DNA of 63,187 bases, filler included, from Chiloscyllium plagiosum (lineage: Eukaryota), in assembly GCF_004010195.1 (NCBI RefSeq). It is 3 parts of one record of this genome, joined end to end, with 100 filler letters (N's around TTAATTAATTAA, not from the genome) between each part and the next. Parts side by side here need not be neighbours in the genome. Positions count along the whole stretch, not along the records: positions 58,771 to 63,187 come from NC_057711.1; 2 more parts are not named here. The stretch is one strand, 5' to 3'. The stretch's first letter is position 1, and every line of letters begins with the position of its first letter. Below are positions 62,845 through 63,187 of the stretch, in pieces. The notes under the pieces were generated by a model, which worked only from the letters and a program-made list of their open reading frames with translations, was not told the DNA's origin and did not search any database. Made by a program: the position numbers and the translations under genes.

Positions 62845-63187
62845 CATAGAACAATACAGCACAGAACAGGCCCTTCGGCCCACGATGTTGTGCCGAACAT
62901 TTGTCCTAGCTTAAGCACCTATCCATGTACCTATCCAATTGCTGCTTAAAGGTCACCAATGATTCTGACTCTGCCACTCCCACAGGCAGCACAGTTCATG
63001 CCCCCACCACTCTCTGGGTAAAGAACCTACCCCTGACATCCCCCCTAAACCTTCCACCCTTCACCTTAAATATATGTCCCCTTGTAACACTCTGTTGCAC
63101 CAGGGGAAAAAAGCCTCTGACTGTCTACCCTATCTATTCCCCTGATCATCTTATAAACCTCTATCAAGTCACCCCTCATCCTTCACC
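62845..63187 (-). mobile_element. CR1-type LINE 3' end (runs off window end)
   Basis: acatagaacaatacagcacagaacaggcccttcggcccac tail; reverse-strand RGDLIEVYK motif. Confidence 0.85.

Overview
Repeat-rich vertebrate genomic DNA, most likely from a shark or other elasmobranch (HE1-type V-SINEs, HER1/CR1-type LINEs), with four assembly gaps. Host coding sequence is sparse and on the minus strand: one internal PUM3 (Puf-A/KIAA0020) exon at 60017-60239, and five in-phase, canonically spliced exons of a REXO1-like DEDDh exonuclease between 23512 and 11424. In that gene the ExoI motif reads AVNSEL instead of ALDCEM, i.e. the first catalytic Asp is Asn. The main mobile element is a decayed but nearly complete ~8.7 kb endogenous retrovirus on the minus strand (33676-42340). 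It has two LTRs, a tRNA-Ser-like PBS, a PPT, gag with two CCHC knuckles, PR-RT-RH-IN and env, and its RT motifs look like the class III/snakehead-retrovirus-like group. Also present: many CR1 and other LINE fragments; two families of Penelope-like elements whose terminal repeats carry minimal hammerhead-ribozyme motifs, including two ~215-220 bp palindromic, TSD-flanked mini-elements; Gypsy remnants (one probably Gmr1-type); Harbinger-type Myb/SANT remnants; and an array of ~8 tandem units ending in A-rich tails. All homology calls come from manual translation and recalled motifs, not database searches. Boundaries of decayed repeats are approximate.
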